A stretch of 63,963 bases of DNA, the filler included, from an uncultured archaeon (GTDB taxonomy: Archaea; Iainarchaeota; Iainarchaeia; Iainarchaeales; 1-14-0-10-31-34): assembly GCA_964442255.1 (NCBI GenBank). It is 3 parts of 3 records of this genome, joined end to end, with 100 filler letters (N's around TTAATTAATTAA, not from the genome) between each part and the next. Parts side by side here need not be neighbours in the genome. Positions count along the whole stretch, not along the records: positions 28,680 to 56,999 come from CAYTYC010000016.1; 2 more parts are not named here. One strand, given 5' to 3'. How positions within the stretch are numbered: the first letter of the stretch is position 1; each line of letters opens with the position of its first letter. The notes below the pieces were generated by a model, which worked only from the letters and a program-made list of their open reading frames with translations, was not told where the DNA came from and searched no databases. Shown in pieces: positions 35,772-46,593 of this stretch. The translations under genes were made by a program, and so were the position numbers.

Positions 35772-36506
35772 ATGGCTTTTGCACTGGAGGCTGAAGGGCT
35801 TTCAAAGGAATACAAGAAAAAGCGGTTCACTGGAAACAGGTTCAGGGACTTTTTCTTTCCCGGCACAGAAAAATTTTTGGCTGTAAAGGACGTAAGCATT
35901 GGGATTCAGGAAGGCGAATGCTTCGGCTTGCTTGGGCCGAATGCAGCAGGAAAAACCACCCTTATACGGCTTTTGACGGGTTTGCTGGAGCCTTCCTCCG
36001 GAAAAACCGGGGTTTTCGGGAAAAGCCCGGAGCAGGGCAAGCAGGATTTGGGGCTGATGATGGGCAACGACCTCATTTACTACAGGCTTTCAGGAAAGGC
36101 AAACCTTGAATACTATGCAAGCCTTTACGGCTCGAAAAACGCCGAAGAAAGGGCCGTTTCCCTTTTGGAGGAGTTCGGCTTAAAGGAAAGAATGAATGAT
36201 TTTGTGGAGGATTATTCACTGGGAATGAAGTCCCGGCTTGCTTTGGCGAGAGCCTTGGTTAATGACCCCAAAATTGTTTTTCTGGATGAGCCGACACTCG
36301 GCCTTGACCCGGTTGCGTCACTGCAGGTAAGAAAGTACATTAAGTCGCTGGACAAAACAGTTTTCCTTACCACGCATTACCTGGAGGAAGCAATTGAATT
36401 ATGCGACAGGATTGCGGTAATGGACAAAGGAAGGATTGCAAAAGTGTTTGAAAGGCCCTCAAAAAAAGAAATCGAGGAAGAATTTCTTGCAATGGTGAAA
36501 CCGTGA
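35772..36506 (+). CDS. ABC transporter ATP-binding protein
   Basis: GPNAAGKTT, YSLGM, FLDEPTLGLD, TTH. Confidence 0.95.
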   Translation: MAFALEAEGLSKEYKKKRFTGNRFRDFFFPGTEKFLAVKDVSIGIQEGECFGLLGPNAAGKTTLIRLLTGLLEPSSGKTGVFGKSPEQGKQDLGLMMGNDLIYYRLSGKANLEYYASLYGSKNAEERAVSLLEEFGLKERMNDFVEDYSLGMKSRLALARALVNDPKIVFLDEPTLGLDPVASLQVRKYIKSLDKTVFLTTHYLEEAIELCDRIAVMDKGRIAKVFERPSKKEIEEEFLAMVKP

Positions 36507-37297
36507 ACCTAAAACAACAGATTCTGGCTGTAGCGTTAAAGGAAATCCGCCTGGAGCTGAGGTTTAAGGTATCCTATTTTTTGAACTCCTTGATCGGGCC
36601 GGTGCTTACAACCTTTCCTTTTTTCCTTGTTTACTACGGTTTTCTCCATTTTTCGCCTGCACAAAGCTTTGCCGGAATCGGCCTGGACAATTACATTAAT
36701 TTCCTTGTGCTTGGAATGACTGTCTACGCTTTCTACAATGTGGGCCTGCATGTGTTCAAGAAAAAGTTTTTCGAGGAAAAGTACTGGAAAACACTGGAGG
36801 GATTGTTTGCCTCGCCTGTAAAGCACATTTCAATTGTGCTGGGCTTTAGCCTGAGTGAAACCGTGAGGCTGGTTCCCGCGCTTGTGTTGTTTATGCTTAT
36901 TGCATCCTACTTTATCCTGCCTTCCGCCGGGGCATTTATTCTGGCGCTAATTGCATTGTATCTCGTGTTTTTGCTGTGTTTGGGTGTGGGATTATTCAAT
37001 GGGGCGCTTGCAATAAGCAATGAAAACTATCTGCCGGTTTTAGAGTATTTTTTCATGGCATGGACTTTTGCGAGCTGCTTCTTTTACCCTGTCGGGATTT
37101 TCCCTGACTGGTTCAAACCGCTTGTTCTGGTTAACCCTGTTTACCAGGGACTGTTTTTCATAAGGGAGGCCTGGATAAGCAACATGCTTTACTGGAATTC
37201 ATTCATTTACCTGCTTGGCTTTGCGATGGCAATGCCGATAATCGGGATGCTTTTCTTCAGGAGAACCTGGAAAAAGAAAGGCATTCAGGGATATTAA
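36503..37297 (+). CDS. ABC-2 type permease
   Basis: Six TM helices, FYPV-IFP, VNPVY. Confidence 0.88.
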   Translation: MNLKQQILAVALKEIRLELRFKVSYFLNSLIGPVLTTFPFFLVYYGFLHFSPAQSFAGIGLDNYINFLVLGMTVYAFYNVGLHVFKKKFFEEKYWKTLEGLFASPVKHISIVLGFSLSETVRLVPALVLFMLIASYFILPSAGAFILALIALYLVFLLCLGVGLFNGALAISNENYLPVLEYFFMAWTFASCFFYPVGIFPDWFKPLVLVNPVYQGLFFIREAWISNMLYWNSFIYLLGFAMAMPIIGMLFFRRTWKKKGIQGY

Positions 37298-37438
37298 AAT
37301 TAGATTTTTTTTGGGGCATTAAGCCAGAATGGAAAAGAACGGGAAAAAAGACTGCCCCAGGGCGGGGAAAAAAAGACTGAAGCAATAAACAAAAACTTAA
37401 AAAGCCCGGAAGATTTGTTGGAGTTAAGGCGGAAAAAA

Positions 37439-38407
37439 ATGGCTGAAGCCAGTGTGATTGTGTGCGCAAGGAACGCGGAAAAAACCCTGAAGGAGTGCGT
37501 GGACTCAGTTCTTGTGCAGGAGTTTAAAGACTTTGAGTTAATTGTTGTGGACGACTGTTCAACTGACTCAACCCCGCAAATAATGGAAAAATTTTCCAGC
37601 AACCCGAAAATGAAATACATTAGGTTAAAAGAATGCGTTTCAATAGGAAAGGCAAGAAACACTGGAATAAAAAACGCGAAAGGAGAGTTTGTTGTCTTCA
37701 TTGACTCGGACTGCGTTGCGGAAAAAAACTGTTTAAGCGAACTGCTGAAGGGATTTGGGGAGGAAAAAATAGCGGGAGTCGGGGGCGTGAACCTCACCCC
37801 AAAAAAGCAAAACGAAAACGGGAAGATTGCGGGAAAAGTTTTGGAAAGCCTGAGTGGGGCGGGCTCACTGTACATCAAAAAGCCTTCCTCGCCTGAATTT
37901 GTTTCCCACATCGCGAGCTGCAATTCAGCCTACAGGAAAACCGCATTGGAAAGCGCTGGCGGATTCAATGAAGGGATTGCAAGCAACGAGGACCCGGAAC
38001 TGGATTACAGGCTGACACGAAAAGGCCTTCTCCTGCGGTTCAACCCAAAAGCGGTTGTGTGGCATTACCGCCGTGACACAGTTAAAGGGTTTTTCCGGCA
38101 GGCTTACTGGTTCGGGAAAGGCAGGGCGCAAATAACCAGGATTCACCCGAAAATGCTGGAATTTTTCCGCATTCTCCCAAGCCTTGCGGTAATATGGTTT
38201 GCCGCTTTCCTGTTGCTTGGCTTTTTTGAGCCCCTTTACTGGCTTGCCTTTGCCGGGTCATTTTTGGCCGTATTGACTGGAATGCTGGTTTTTTCCATTT
38301 ATTTAGCCTCTAAAACTAAAATGGTTTTCCTGCATAAATTCTTTGCAATGCTTTGCGCATGGCTTCTCGGCTATGCGCTGGGGTTTCTTGCAGGGTTGAG
38401 CAAATGA
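37439..38407 (+). CDS. GT2 glycosyltransferase
   Basis: VVDDCSTD, FIDSD, NEDPELDYR. Confidence 0.9.
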   Translation: MAEASVIVCARNAEKTLKECVDSVLVQEFKDFELIVVDDCSTDSTPQIMEKFSSNPKMKYIRLKECVSIGKARNTGIKNAKGEFVVFIDSDCVAEKNCLSELLKGFGEEKIAGVGGVNLTPKKQNENGKIAGKVLESLSGAGSLYIKKPSSPEFVSHIASCNSAYRKTALESAGGFNEGIASNEDPELDYRLTRKGLLLRFNPKAVVWHYRRDTVKGFFRQAYWFGKGRAQITRIHPKMLEFFRILPSLAVIWFAAFLLLGFFEPLYWLAFAGSFLAVLTGMLVFSIYLASKTKMVFLHKFFAMLCAWLLGYALGFLAGLSK

Positions 38408-39459
38408 AAATAGGCGTGACTTCCTTTTACTACGGTTCAGGCTACGGGCAGGGCCTTTGCGTGAAAAGGCTTTCAGAGGAGCTGGCAAAAGCCGGCCACG
38501 GTGTGGAGGTTTTTCACTCTTCCCGGGAGTACGGAAACTCAAAGCAAAAAAACCTGAAACTGAATTACCTTTCCTCATCGGGTGTGAGGGGACTGGAGTT
38601 CCTTGAATTTGGCTTGAAGCTGAACAATGCCCTGAAGGAAAAGGATTTTGACTTGCTTTACGCGCATTCACCTGAATTTGGGCTGGTGAAAAATGAAACG
38701 CCTTTTGTTTACCATGCGCGCGGAACCGCGAAAGGAATCTCCTTCCACAAAGGATTTTTTTCAAGAAACCTGTTTTTTCCGTTATGGGAAAAGCTTGACA
38801 GGAAATGCAGTTCCAATGCAGGAAAAATCATCGCGGACAGCACAAAAGTGAAAAACGAGATTACGCGCTTTTACGGGATTCCGGATGAAAAAATTTTGGT
38901 TCTCCCCGACGGCACAGACCTCAAAAAAACCGGAAAAAAAACTGCAGGCAAAAGGGTTTTGTTTGCGGGAAGGATTGTTCCGCAGAAAGGCCTGCACTTT
39001 GCGGTTGAGGCCTTCCCGAAAGTGCTGGAAAAGTTTCCGGAAGCCGAACTGCTTGTGCTCGGAGGGGGGGGCTGGGAAAAAAAACTGAAGGCAGGGGCGC
39101 AGAGGCTCAATTTAAGCGAAAAAATTGTTTTCGCGGGATACAAGGAACAGGAAGAAATTGCCAAATACATTGATTCCGCGGATGTTGTGCTGTGCCCCAG
39201 CACTTACGAGCCTTTCGGGATAATTTCATTGGAGGCCGCGGCAATGGGAAAGCCTGTCGTGTGCTCGCATAATGTGGGGGCAACGGAATTTTTGGGCGAA
39301 GCCGTTAGGAAAGTTAACCCAAAAAACAGCGGAGAGTTTGCCGAAGCGATTATTCAGTCTTTTTCAGGGAAGAAAAAGAGTTCAGCGGATTTTTCGGTTT
39401 TTGAATGGAAAAACCTTGCAAAAGAAGTTGAATCAATTCTTCAGGAGGCCTTAAGGTGA
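38404..39459 (+). CDS. GT4 glycosyltransferase
   Basis: GRIVPQKG, EPFGIISLEA. Confidence 0.9.
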   Translation: MKIGVTSFYYGSGYGQGLCVKRLSEELAKAGHGVEVFHSSREYGNSKQKNLKLNYLSSSGVRGLEFLEFGLKLNNALKEKDFDLLYAHSPEFGLVKNETPFVYHARGTAKGISFHKGFFSRNLFFPLWEKLDRKCSSNAGKIIADSTKVKNEITRFYGIPDEKILVLPDGTDLKKTGKKTAGKRVLFAGRIVPQKGLHFAVEAFPKVLEKFPEAELLVLGGGGWEKKLKAGAQRLNLSEKIVFAGYKEQEEIAKYIDSADVVLCPSTYEPFGIISLEAAAMGKPVVCSHNVGATEFLGEAVRKVNPKNSGEFAEAIIQSFSGKKKSSADFSVFEWKNLAKEVESILQEALR

Positions 39460-40415
39460 AAAGGCTTTCGGTTGTTGTTCCCGCATTCAATGCGGAAAAA
39501 ACTTTGCGCCGCACGCTTGAATCGCTTTCAAAGCAGTCCTTGAAGGGAATGGAAGTGATTCTGGTGGACGACGCGTCCACGGACAAAACCCCCCTTATCG
39601 CCAAATCCTTTCCGAAGGTGAAGTATTTCAGGCAGGAAAAGCTCGGCGCCTCTGCAGCCAGAAACCGTGGGGCAAGAAAGGCTTCAGGGAAAATTGTCGC
39701 TTTCCTGGATTCGGATGTTGCTGTTGAAGGGAAATGGGCAAAAAAAATCCTGGAAGAATTTGAATCAAACCCCGCACTCTTTGGGGCAAGCGGAAGGCTT
39801 TCCTCGCAGAAGGATGGCTCGCTTTCCTCGGACTTTTTTGCCTTGACTGTCTCTTCCTCAAGCTTTCAGGCATACAATTCCGCGTTCAGGAGAAAAGAGT
39901 TCCTTGAATTGGGGGGATTTAATGAAGGCTTTCCTTACGGCGCAGAGGAAGCGGATTTAAGCCTTAAAGCGGTTGAGGCAGGCAAAAAACTCGGGTTTTC
40001 CGGGGCAGGGTCTGTGCACAGGGCGGAAGGGCTTGCGGAAAGGCTTAAGCGCAACCTGCGTTACTCCTTTTTTGACGGATTTTTTTTCAGGAAAAACTTT
40101 TTTCCCATTCTCCAAAACCTCGGAAAAATTTCCTGCAGCAACTCCGGGATACTGAAGTATTCAATCGCGTTTTACTCGGTTTCCTTTCTGTCCTACACAT
40201 TGCTTGCGCTCGGAAGCTTCCTGGTTTCGCCTGTTTTTCTTTTCCTTTTCCTTGCGCCGGGGGCGGCGGGGGCATTTAAGGCATTTAAGGAAAGCAAGCA
40301 CCTGAAATTCAGGAACAATGTTTTTGCGGTGGCGGCTTACGCGTTTTTTGCGGTCTCCTTGTTTGCTTTTCTGAAAGCCGGGGCTTTCCTTGCGGGGGCG
40401 GTTTTTAAATGGTGA
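39456..40415 (+). CDS. GT2 glycosyltransferase
   Basis: VDDASTD, FLDSD, GGFNE. Confidence 0.9.
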   Translation: MKRLSVVVPAFNAEKTLRRTLESLSKQSLKGMEVILVDDASTDKTPLIAKSFPKVKYFRQEKLGASAARNRGARKASGKIVAFLDSDVAVEGKWAKKILEEFESNPALFGASGRLSSQKDGSLSSDFFALTVSSSSFQAYNSAFRRKEFLELGGFNEGFPYGAEEADLSLKAVEAGKKLGFSGAGSVHRAEGLAERLKRNLRYSFFDGFFFRKNFFPILQNLGKISCSNSGILKYSIAFYSVSFLSYTLLALGSFLVSPVFLFLFLAPGAAGAFKAFKESKHLKFRNNVFAVAAYAFFAVSLFAFLKAGAFLAGAVFKW

Positions 40416-41035
40416 ACAACTACTGGTCTTTGAAGGAAACACGGAAAGCGATAAGCGGAATTTTGAATGAATTGAATCCGGAGAACGCAAGCATCCTGAA
40501 TGCCGGCTGCGGCCCGAAAAACCCGGAGTACGTTGAAGCCCTTCACAGTTCAAACACAGTTTTTTCCTTTGACCTTTCTTCCGCAGTGCTGATGGACAAT
40601 TCCCTGAACTCAAAGAAAAAAAGCTTTATGGTGCAGGCGGAAGGGGAAAGCTTGCCTTTCAAAAAAGAATCATTTGATTTGGTGCTTTGCTCCGAGGTGC
40701 TGGAGCACAGTTTTTTGCCGGAAAAAATGCTGGGCGAATGCGCGCGCGTCCTTAAGCCCGGGGGAAGGCTGGTTTTTTCAACCCCGAACAGCTTTGGGGA
40801 GCGGCTTTCATGGGGATGGCAGTTTTTGGCGAAAGGAAAAATTGACAGGTGCGGGCATGGCAGGCTGTTCTCCGGGCGCGGGCTGAGAAAACTGGTGGAA
40901 AAAGATTTTTTGGTTGAAATGCATTTCACAACCCCTTACTTCAAATTCAATAATTCCGTTTACGGAAAACTGAATTCTTTCCTTGCCTCCCGCGGTTTTG
41001 GGAGGACGCAAATACTTGTGGGGGTGAAAAAGTGA
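40409..41035 (+). CDS. Class I SAM-dependent methyltransferase
   Basis: LNAGCG, FDLVLCSEVLEH, RVLKPGG. Confidence 0.9.
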   Translation: MVNNYWSLKETRKAISGILNELNPENASILNAGCGPKNPEYVEALHSSNTVFSFDLSSAVLMDNSLNSKKKSFMVQAEGESLPFKKESFDLVLCSEVLEHSFLPEKMLGECARVLKPGGRLVFSTPNSFGERLSWGWQFLAKGKIDRCGHGRLFSGRGLRKLVEKDFLVEMHFTTPYFKFNNSVYGKLNSFLASRGFGRTQILVGVKK

Positions 41036-41988
41036 AAGCAAGCGTTGTTATCCCTTCATTTAATTCCGCGGAAACGCTGGAGGAATGTTTGAGCGCACTG
41101 CGCGCACAGACTGCAAAAAATTTTGATGTTGTTTTGGTGGATGACTCTTCCACTGACGCAACGCAAAAGGCTCTGGAAAAGTTTTCCGGATGGAAAGAGC
41201 TCACAGTTGTGCGGAATTCCAAAACTCTTGGAAGCTCCGCTTCACGGAACATCGGGTGGAAAAAATCAAAGGGAAGCGTTGTTTTGTTTACGGATTCGGA
41301 CTGCGTTCCCGAAAAAAACTGGGTGAAGGAGTCAGTGAAAGGCTTTTTCGGGGACGGCGCAGTGCAGGGCATGGTTTTAAGCCCTGAAAGGGGCGTTTTC
41401 ACGCATTTCAATGAAATCCTTGGCCCTGGGCCGGGATGCCAGACCTCCAACCTTGCGGTGAAAAAAACAGTTTTGGAGGAATTGGGGGGATTTGATGAAA
41501 GGTTTAACCGTTTCAGGGAGGACATTGACTTCAGGCACAGGCTCGGGAAAGCGGGAAAAAAATTCGGCTTCAACCCCGAAGCAAAAGTTTTGCACCCCTC
41601 AAGGGAAAGGGGTTTTTGGGGGATAGTGAAATTCCAGAAGCGCTACATGAATGACCCGCTTCTCTTCAAAAAGCACCCGCAGAAATACAGGGAAACCGAG
41701 CTGCAGGGCAGGGGCTTTGAGCTGCATCAGGTGAACAGGCACAGGCTGGTTAATTTCTTTTTTGCGGGAACCGCAGTTTCTTTTCTGGTTAACCCTTTTT
41801 TTGCGGCATACTTTGCAGGCGCGTATTACCTTGCAGGCGTTTTTGGCGGGGCGCTTTACCTGCGGAAAACAGGGAACGCAAAACCTTCAACAAGGCTTGC
41901 GTTAATTTTCCTTAACCAGCTTGTTTTCCTTGCGACATGGTTCTGGGTCTGGCGCGGTTCGCTTAAATTCGGGAAAGTGATTGTTTGA
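41032..41988 (+). CDS. GT2 glycosyltransferase
   Basis: VDDSSTD, FTDSD, GGFDE, REDIDF. Confidence 0.9.
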   Translation: MKASVVIPSFNSAETLEECLSALRAQTAKNFDVVLVDDSSTDATQKALEKFSGWKELTVVRNSKTLGSSASRNIGWKKSKGSVVLFTDSDCVPEKNWVKESVKGFFGDGAVQGMVLSPERGVFTHFNEILGPGPGCQTSNLAVKKTVLEELGGFDERFNRFREDIDFRHRLGKAGKKFGFNPEAKVLHPSRERGFWGIVKFQKRYMNDPLLFKKHPQKYRETELQGRGFELHQVNRHRLVNFFFAGTAVSFLVNPFFAAYFAGAYYLAGVFGGALYLRKTGNAKPSTRLALIFLNQLVFLATWFWVWRGSLKFGKVIV

Positions 41989-43115
41989 CGGAAAAAATCA
42001 GGGTGTGCGAGGTTTACCCTCCGCTCTTCAATGAAATGGGCGGAATCGAAACATTTTTGCTGAATTTTCTGGAAAAATTTTCGGGCAAAAACGTGGAACT
42101 GACCGTGCTTTGCGGAAAAACAAAAAACAAAATTCCCGCGGGGTTGAAAGTCAGGCAGTTCCCTTACCTTAAGAGATTCACCGCCCTAAACAGGCTCCTT
42201 GACAGAATTTCCCCAAGCTGGGTTACGCCTTTCCAGGTTGAAGAATTTTCATTTTGGCTGGGCGCATGGACGCATTTTTTGAGGAACAAATACGATGTCG
42301 TCCACTTCCACCAGCCCTCCGACGCCTTTTTCCTGAATCCCCTGAAAAGGCTTTCAGGATTCAGGACAGTTTTGACTGTGCACGGCTTTCCAACCGCAAA
42401 AACGGAAAAGGCGATGCGGAAAACTGACAGGATTGTCTGCGTAAGCGAAACCGCAAAAAGGCATTTGGAAAAAAATTTTAATTTGAAGGCGGAGGTTTTG
42501 CATGACACGGTTGACACGGCCTTCTTCAGGCCCAAAACAAAAAACCGCGCGCTGGCAGAAAAGCTCGGGCTGAAAAACAAAAGAATAATTCTGACTGCCT
42601 CGCGCCTGACCGCATGGAAAGGCATTCAGTACGCGATTGAGGCATTCCCAAAAGTGCTTGAGAAGTTTCCTGACGCTGTTCTCCTCGTCCTTGGAAGCGG
42701 GGAATTTGAAAAAGAGCTCAAGAGAAAAGCCCTTGAACCCGGATTGGCGGAAAAAGTTGTTTTCCTCGGGGCTGTTCCAAGGGAAAACCTGCCGGAATAC
42801 TTTAACCTGGCGGAATTCGCGGTCCAGCCCAGTGTTGCGGAGGAATCCTTTTGCCTCAGCGCCGTGGAAGAAATGGCGTGCGGAAAGGCTGTCCTGGCGA
42901 CAAAACTGGGCGCATTCAATGAAGTCATTGAAAACGGAAAAACCGGTTTTCTGGTGAAGCCTGAAAACAGTGCGGAGCTCGCGGAACGAATGCTGTTCCT
43001 TCTCTCAAATCCGGAAAAGGCAGGGTCGCTTGGAAGGAATGCAGGGAAAAGAGTTGAGGAAAGGTTTTCCTGGAAAAAACTGGAAAAGGATTACCTTAAC
43101 TTTTTCTTTTTCTGA
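41985..43115 (+). CDS. GT4 glycosyltransferase
   Basis: SRLTAWKG, EESFCLSAVEEMACG. Confidence 0.9.
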   Translation: MTEKIRVCEVYPPLFNEMGGIETFLLNFLEKFSGKNVELTVLCGKTKNKIPAGLKVRQFPYLKRFTALNRLLDRISPSWVTPFQVEEFSFWLGAWTHFLRNKYDVVHFHQPSDAFFLNPLKRLSGFRTVLTVHGFPTAKTEKAMRKTDRIVCVSETAKRHLEKNFNLKAEVLHDTVDTAFFRPKTKNRALAEKLGLKNKRIILTASRLTAWKGIQYAIEAFPKVLEKFPDAVLLVLGSGEFEKELKRKALEPGLAEKVVFLGAVPRENLPEYFNLAEFAVQPSVAEESFCLSAVEEMACGKAVLATKLGAFNEVIENGKTGFLVKPENSAELAERMLFLLSNPEKAGSLGRNAGKRVEERFSWKKLEKDYLNFFFF

Positions 43116-44140
43116 AAAAGAGAAGCATAAAGTTCAAGGTAAAGCGGAAAAATTTTTCCGGAACTGAATTTTTCGGATGTCTTCTTTCCTTGTGATGAAA
43201 GTTTTTTCCTAAGCAAAGAATCTGAATTCACTCTTTCAATTGCTTTTGCAAGCGCCCCTGAATCGCGGGGCTCAACCAGCAGACCGTTCACGCCGCTTTC
43301 AATGAATGAGGGAATTCCGCCGACTGTTGTGGACACAACAGGCTTTGAGAAAGCCATTGCCTCAAGCAAAACCAGGCCAAAAGCCTCTGTGGAAGTGGAA
43401 GGCAAAACAAAAAGGTCAGCGGAGGCATATGCTTCAAGCAGTTCTTTTCCCTGCCTTTCCCCTGCAACGGCAATTTTTTCCCGCAGGCCTTTGTCCTTCA
43501 CCTTTTTTTCAAGGAATTCTTTTGTGCAATCTTCAAATCTTGTGTCCTCTCTTCCAACTATCGCAAGCTTTACTGAAGGGTTTTCAATTTCCTTGAATGC
43601 GTCCATCAAAACCCCCAAGCCCTTGTTTGCCGCAAACCTTCCGACAAACAGCACAAGAAAATCCTTTTCACTGAAGCCAAGCGAGGAACGGAATTTTTTT
43701 CGGTCAACGCCTTCCGGGGAGAAGCGCCGCAGGTCAACAAAGTTTGGAATCAGCCCAAGCTTTTTGAAGCCTTTTTTTGAGAGAAAGTTTTTTTCCCTTT
43801 CGGTTAAAACGGTTAACGCGTCGCAGGGAGTGAATCGGTTCAGCAGAAAAACCGCGTTTTCCCGGAAAGAATTAAGCTCAAAGTCAAAGTGCGGGGTAAC
43901 AACAACCCCTGAGCCGAAAAGTTTTGCAAGAATGGCGAGAAAAGGGGTTTGCAGCCTGAAGCCATGCAAATGCACTGCATCCGCTTTCCTTATTACAGGA
44001 ATTAACGGCAGAAAATTGAATGAAAACCCTTCTGCACTGGACTGAATTCCGCTTTCATTAAGCTGCCCTGAAAGTGTTTCCGCAACCGATTCAATTCCCC
44101 CCCGCACAGAGCAGTCCTTGAAAAGGTGCAATACCTTCAC
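43091..44140 (-). CDS. GT4 glycosyltransferase
   Basis: GRFAANKG, EAFGLVLLEAM. Confidence 0.9.
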   Translation of the reverse strand: MKVLHLFKDCSVRGGIESVAETLSGQLNESGIQSSAEGFSFNFLPLIPVIRKADAVHLHGFRLQTPFLAILAKLFGSGVVVTPHFDFELNSFRENAVFLLNRFTPCDALTVLTEREKNFLSKKGFKKLGLIPNFVDLRRFSPEGVDRKKFRSSLGFSEKDFLVLFVGRFAANKGLGVLMDAFKEIENPSVKLAIVGREDTRFEDCTKEFLEKKVKDKGLREKIAVAGERQGKELLEAYASADLFVLPSTSTEAFGLVLLEAMAFSKPVVSTTVGGIPSFIESGVNGLLVEPRDSGALAKAIERVNSDSLLRKKLSSQGKKTSEKFSSGKIFPLYLELYASLFQKKKKLR

Positions 44141-45357
44141 GGAATCAGCTCCCCGTAAAAGTCTTCGGTTTTCTTTCCAACTGTCCTCCAGTTAAGCTCT
44201 TCCCGGACAGCTTTTGCGGCGTTTGCCTCAAGCCTTTTCCTTAAGGCAGGCTTTGAGAGAACCTTCACCAAAAGCTTTCCCAGTAAGGAGCTGTCGCCCG
44301 CAGGGAAAAGCAACCCGGTTTCTCCGTCCTTCACCAAATCAGGGAATCCGCCTGTTCTGGAGGCAATCAGGGCTGTGCCGGCAACCATTGCCTCTGTCGC
44401 AATCGAGGAGCAGGGCTCTGGCCAGAGGGAAGGCAGGACAGCCGCATCCGCCGCCGGAAGGAATTCTTCCATTACTTTTTTGTGCGGAATTTTTTCAAAA
44501 AAGAAAACCTTTTTTCTTAAGCCAAGGCCCTGAACTTCTTTGCGGAAAGCTTTCTCAAATTCTTTCCCGGAGTTTGCGTACAAAAGCCATAATTCCGTGT
44601 TTGAAATTTTTTTGCTTGCCTCTGCAAATGCTTTAAGCAAAATGTGCGGCCCTTTTTCCTCAAACATTCCGCCAACAAACAAGGCAATTTTTTTGTTTGA
44701 CGCCGTTTTGAGTTTTTTTCTTGCCGCGGTTCTGGAATTTTTCACTTTCGTGTAGCCGGAAACATTCGGGAGAACAACCTGCCTTGCTTTTGACCCCGTT
44801 TTAAGCGACTTTTTCACGTCCCTGCTCACGGAAATAATGCCGTCCGCAAACTTCAGGGAATTCTCAAGCGCAAATTGTTTTGCCTTCACTTCTGTCCGGC
44901 TTTTTCCCAGGCATTTTGCGCATTTTTCCGGCGCGTAAGTATTGCAGATTTTTCCGTTGAAGTATCTCCTTCCCTTAATGCAGTTCACCCAGTTTCCGTG
45001 GATTGTCACCGCAAGCTTTGCCCCAAACAAAACCTTTGCTGGAATGGACGCAAGCAGGGTGAAAGGGCAGTGGGAATGGATTAAATCGAATTTTTCTTTT
45101 CTTTGCATTGAAAGGATTTCCATTGCCATTTTTGGAACCATTTTTCTTCCTTTTGTTGCGAGCTCCGGGTAATTTTTTATTCCCACTTCAAGCCTTGAAA
45201 CGTTTTCCTCTTTTTTTGGTTTTTTTGCTTCAATTTTGGTGGTTAAAACCCTTGCTTTGTGGCCGTCTTTGCGGAGCTGTTCAGACAAAAACTTCACGTG
45301 CTGCTCTATTCCGCCGATTGAAGGCGGGTACACGGGCGAAACCATCAATATCTTCAT
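44137..45357 (-). CDS. GT4 glycosyltransferase with Cys-containing insert
   Basis: EEKG, WPEPCSSIATEAM; C-x10-C-x7-CxxC insert. Confidence 0.9.
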   Translation of the reverse strand: MKILMVSPVYPPSIGGIEQHVKFLSEQLRKDGHKARVLTTKIEAKKPKKEENVSRLEVGIKNYPELATKGRKMVPKMAMEILSMQRKEKFDLIHSHCPFTLLASIPAKVLFGAKLAVTIHGNWVNCIKGRRYFNGKICNTYAPEKCAKCLGKSRTEVKAKQFALENSLKFADGIISVSRDVKKSLKTGSKARQVVLPNVSGYTKVKNSRTAARKKLKTASNKKIALFVGGMFEEKGPHILLKAFAEASKKISNTELWLLYANSGKEFEKAFRKEVQGLGLRKKVFFFEKIPHKKVMEEFLPAADAAVLPSLWPEPCSSIATEAMVAGTALIASRTGGFPDLVKDGETGLLFPAGDSSLLGKLLVKVLSKPALRKRLEANAAKAVREELNWRTVGKKTEDFYGELIP

Positions 45358-45402
45358 TCCCTTTCACCTGCCGCTGTTTTTCCATGTAAAACCCGGGTTT
45401 TT

Positions 45403-46503
45403 TCATTTTCCATCCGCTTCACCCGCGTAAACCTTTTCGTGCTCTGAAATGAATTTCCGCATTCCAAACCTTTGCACGCTTGCAAGCGCGTTATGGGCAA
45501 GCTCTTTCCTGTCCAAAGGGTTTTGCCACATGAAACGGATTTTTTCCTGCAGGTCTTCCGCGTTCCCGGGCTCAAACAGCAGGCCGTTGTGGCCGTTTTC
45601 CACTATTTCAGGAATCCCCCCGGTATTTGACGCAACCACCGGCTTTCCGCACGCCATTGCCTCAATGTTCACCATCCCGAATATTTCATAATTTGACGGC
45701 ACAACCGCAAACGCGCACTGCCGGAATTGCTCAGCCAGTTCTTCCGGGGAAAGCCATCCAGACAATTCAACTTCTGCACGGAAATTCCTGTTTTCGGATT
45801 TTTTCTTTACCAGGTTTTTCATTTCCCCTTCCCCTGCGAACTTCACCTTCAAATCAAGGCCTTTCAGTGCCTTAAGCAGGGTTGGAATTCCTTTCCTTTG
45901 GCTCAGCCTTCCGGAAAACAGGATAAAGTCTTCAGTGCTTTGCTTTGATGGTTTGAAAACTTCTGTGTCAACGCTGTAGTAAATCGTGGAAGGCGCTTTT
46001 TTCAGGAGATAGGTTTTTTTTGCCTCCTCTGTGAGAAACCTGCTTGTCGTTATCACCTTTCCTGCCCTGTGAAGGGAAAAAAGTTCCAGAAAATATGAGT
46101 TAATTATGCGGGAAAGGCTACGGATTGTTAAAGAGCCCTCAAAAAAAACCGCCTTCAATTCGCCGAAGGAAGTGCCGTGCGCCGTGACAACAAAGTCTTT
46201 CCCCGGCATAAATGCCGCAAGTGAAGGCGAACAGCAGTGCATTACATCAAAGCCTTCCGCGGAAACCTTTTTCGGAATGTTTTTCACAAAACGGTAAAAT
46301 CCCCGCGAAGTTCCGGGATTCAGGCCAAAGGAAAGCCTTTCAACCCCGAATCCTTTTGCATTGGTTTCCCCTGAACCAAAGTCCATCGCAAAAACCTTCA
46401 CATCATGGTTTTTGCTTAAGCCTTTTGCAAGGTTCACCGCATATGTTGTGCCTCCCCCGCCGTGCTCCGGGGGAAAGCGGTCTGCAATCAATGCAATCCT
46501 CAT
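45403..46503 (-). CDS. GT4 glycosyltransferase
   Basis: GRLSQRKG, EIFGMVNIEAMACG. Confidence 0.9.
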   Translation of the reverse strand: MRIALIADRFPPEHGGGGTTYAVNLAKGLSKNHDVKVFAMDFGSGETNAKGFGVERLSFGLNPGTSRGFYRFVKNIPKKVSAEGFDVMHCCSPSLAAFMPGKDFVVTAHGTSFGELKAVFFEGSLTIRSLSRIINSYFLELFSLHRAGKVITTSRFLTEEAKKTYLLKKAPSTIYYSVDTEVFKPSKQSTEDFILFSGRLSQRKGIPTLLKALKGLDLKVKFAGEGEMKNLVKKKSENRNFRAEVELSGWLSPEELAEQFRQCAFAVVPSNYEIFGMVNIEAMACGKPVVASNTGGIPEIVENGHNGLLFEPGNAEDLQEKIRFMWQNPLDRKELAHNALASVQRFGMRKFISEHEKVYAGEADGK

Positions 46504-46593
46504 TTTTCTGCCCCCGCACCTGAAAGCCGGGAAAAAGTTTCCGGCCTCATTTTTCCGTCCCCTTTTTCAGCTGCCCCAAAAAAACGGCTGGCT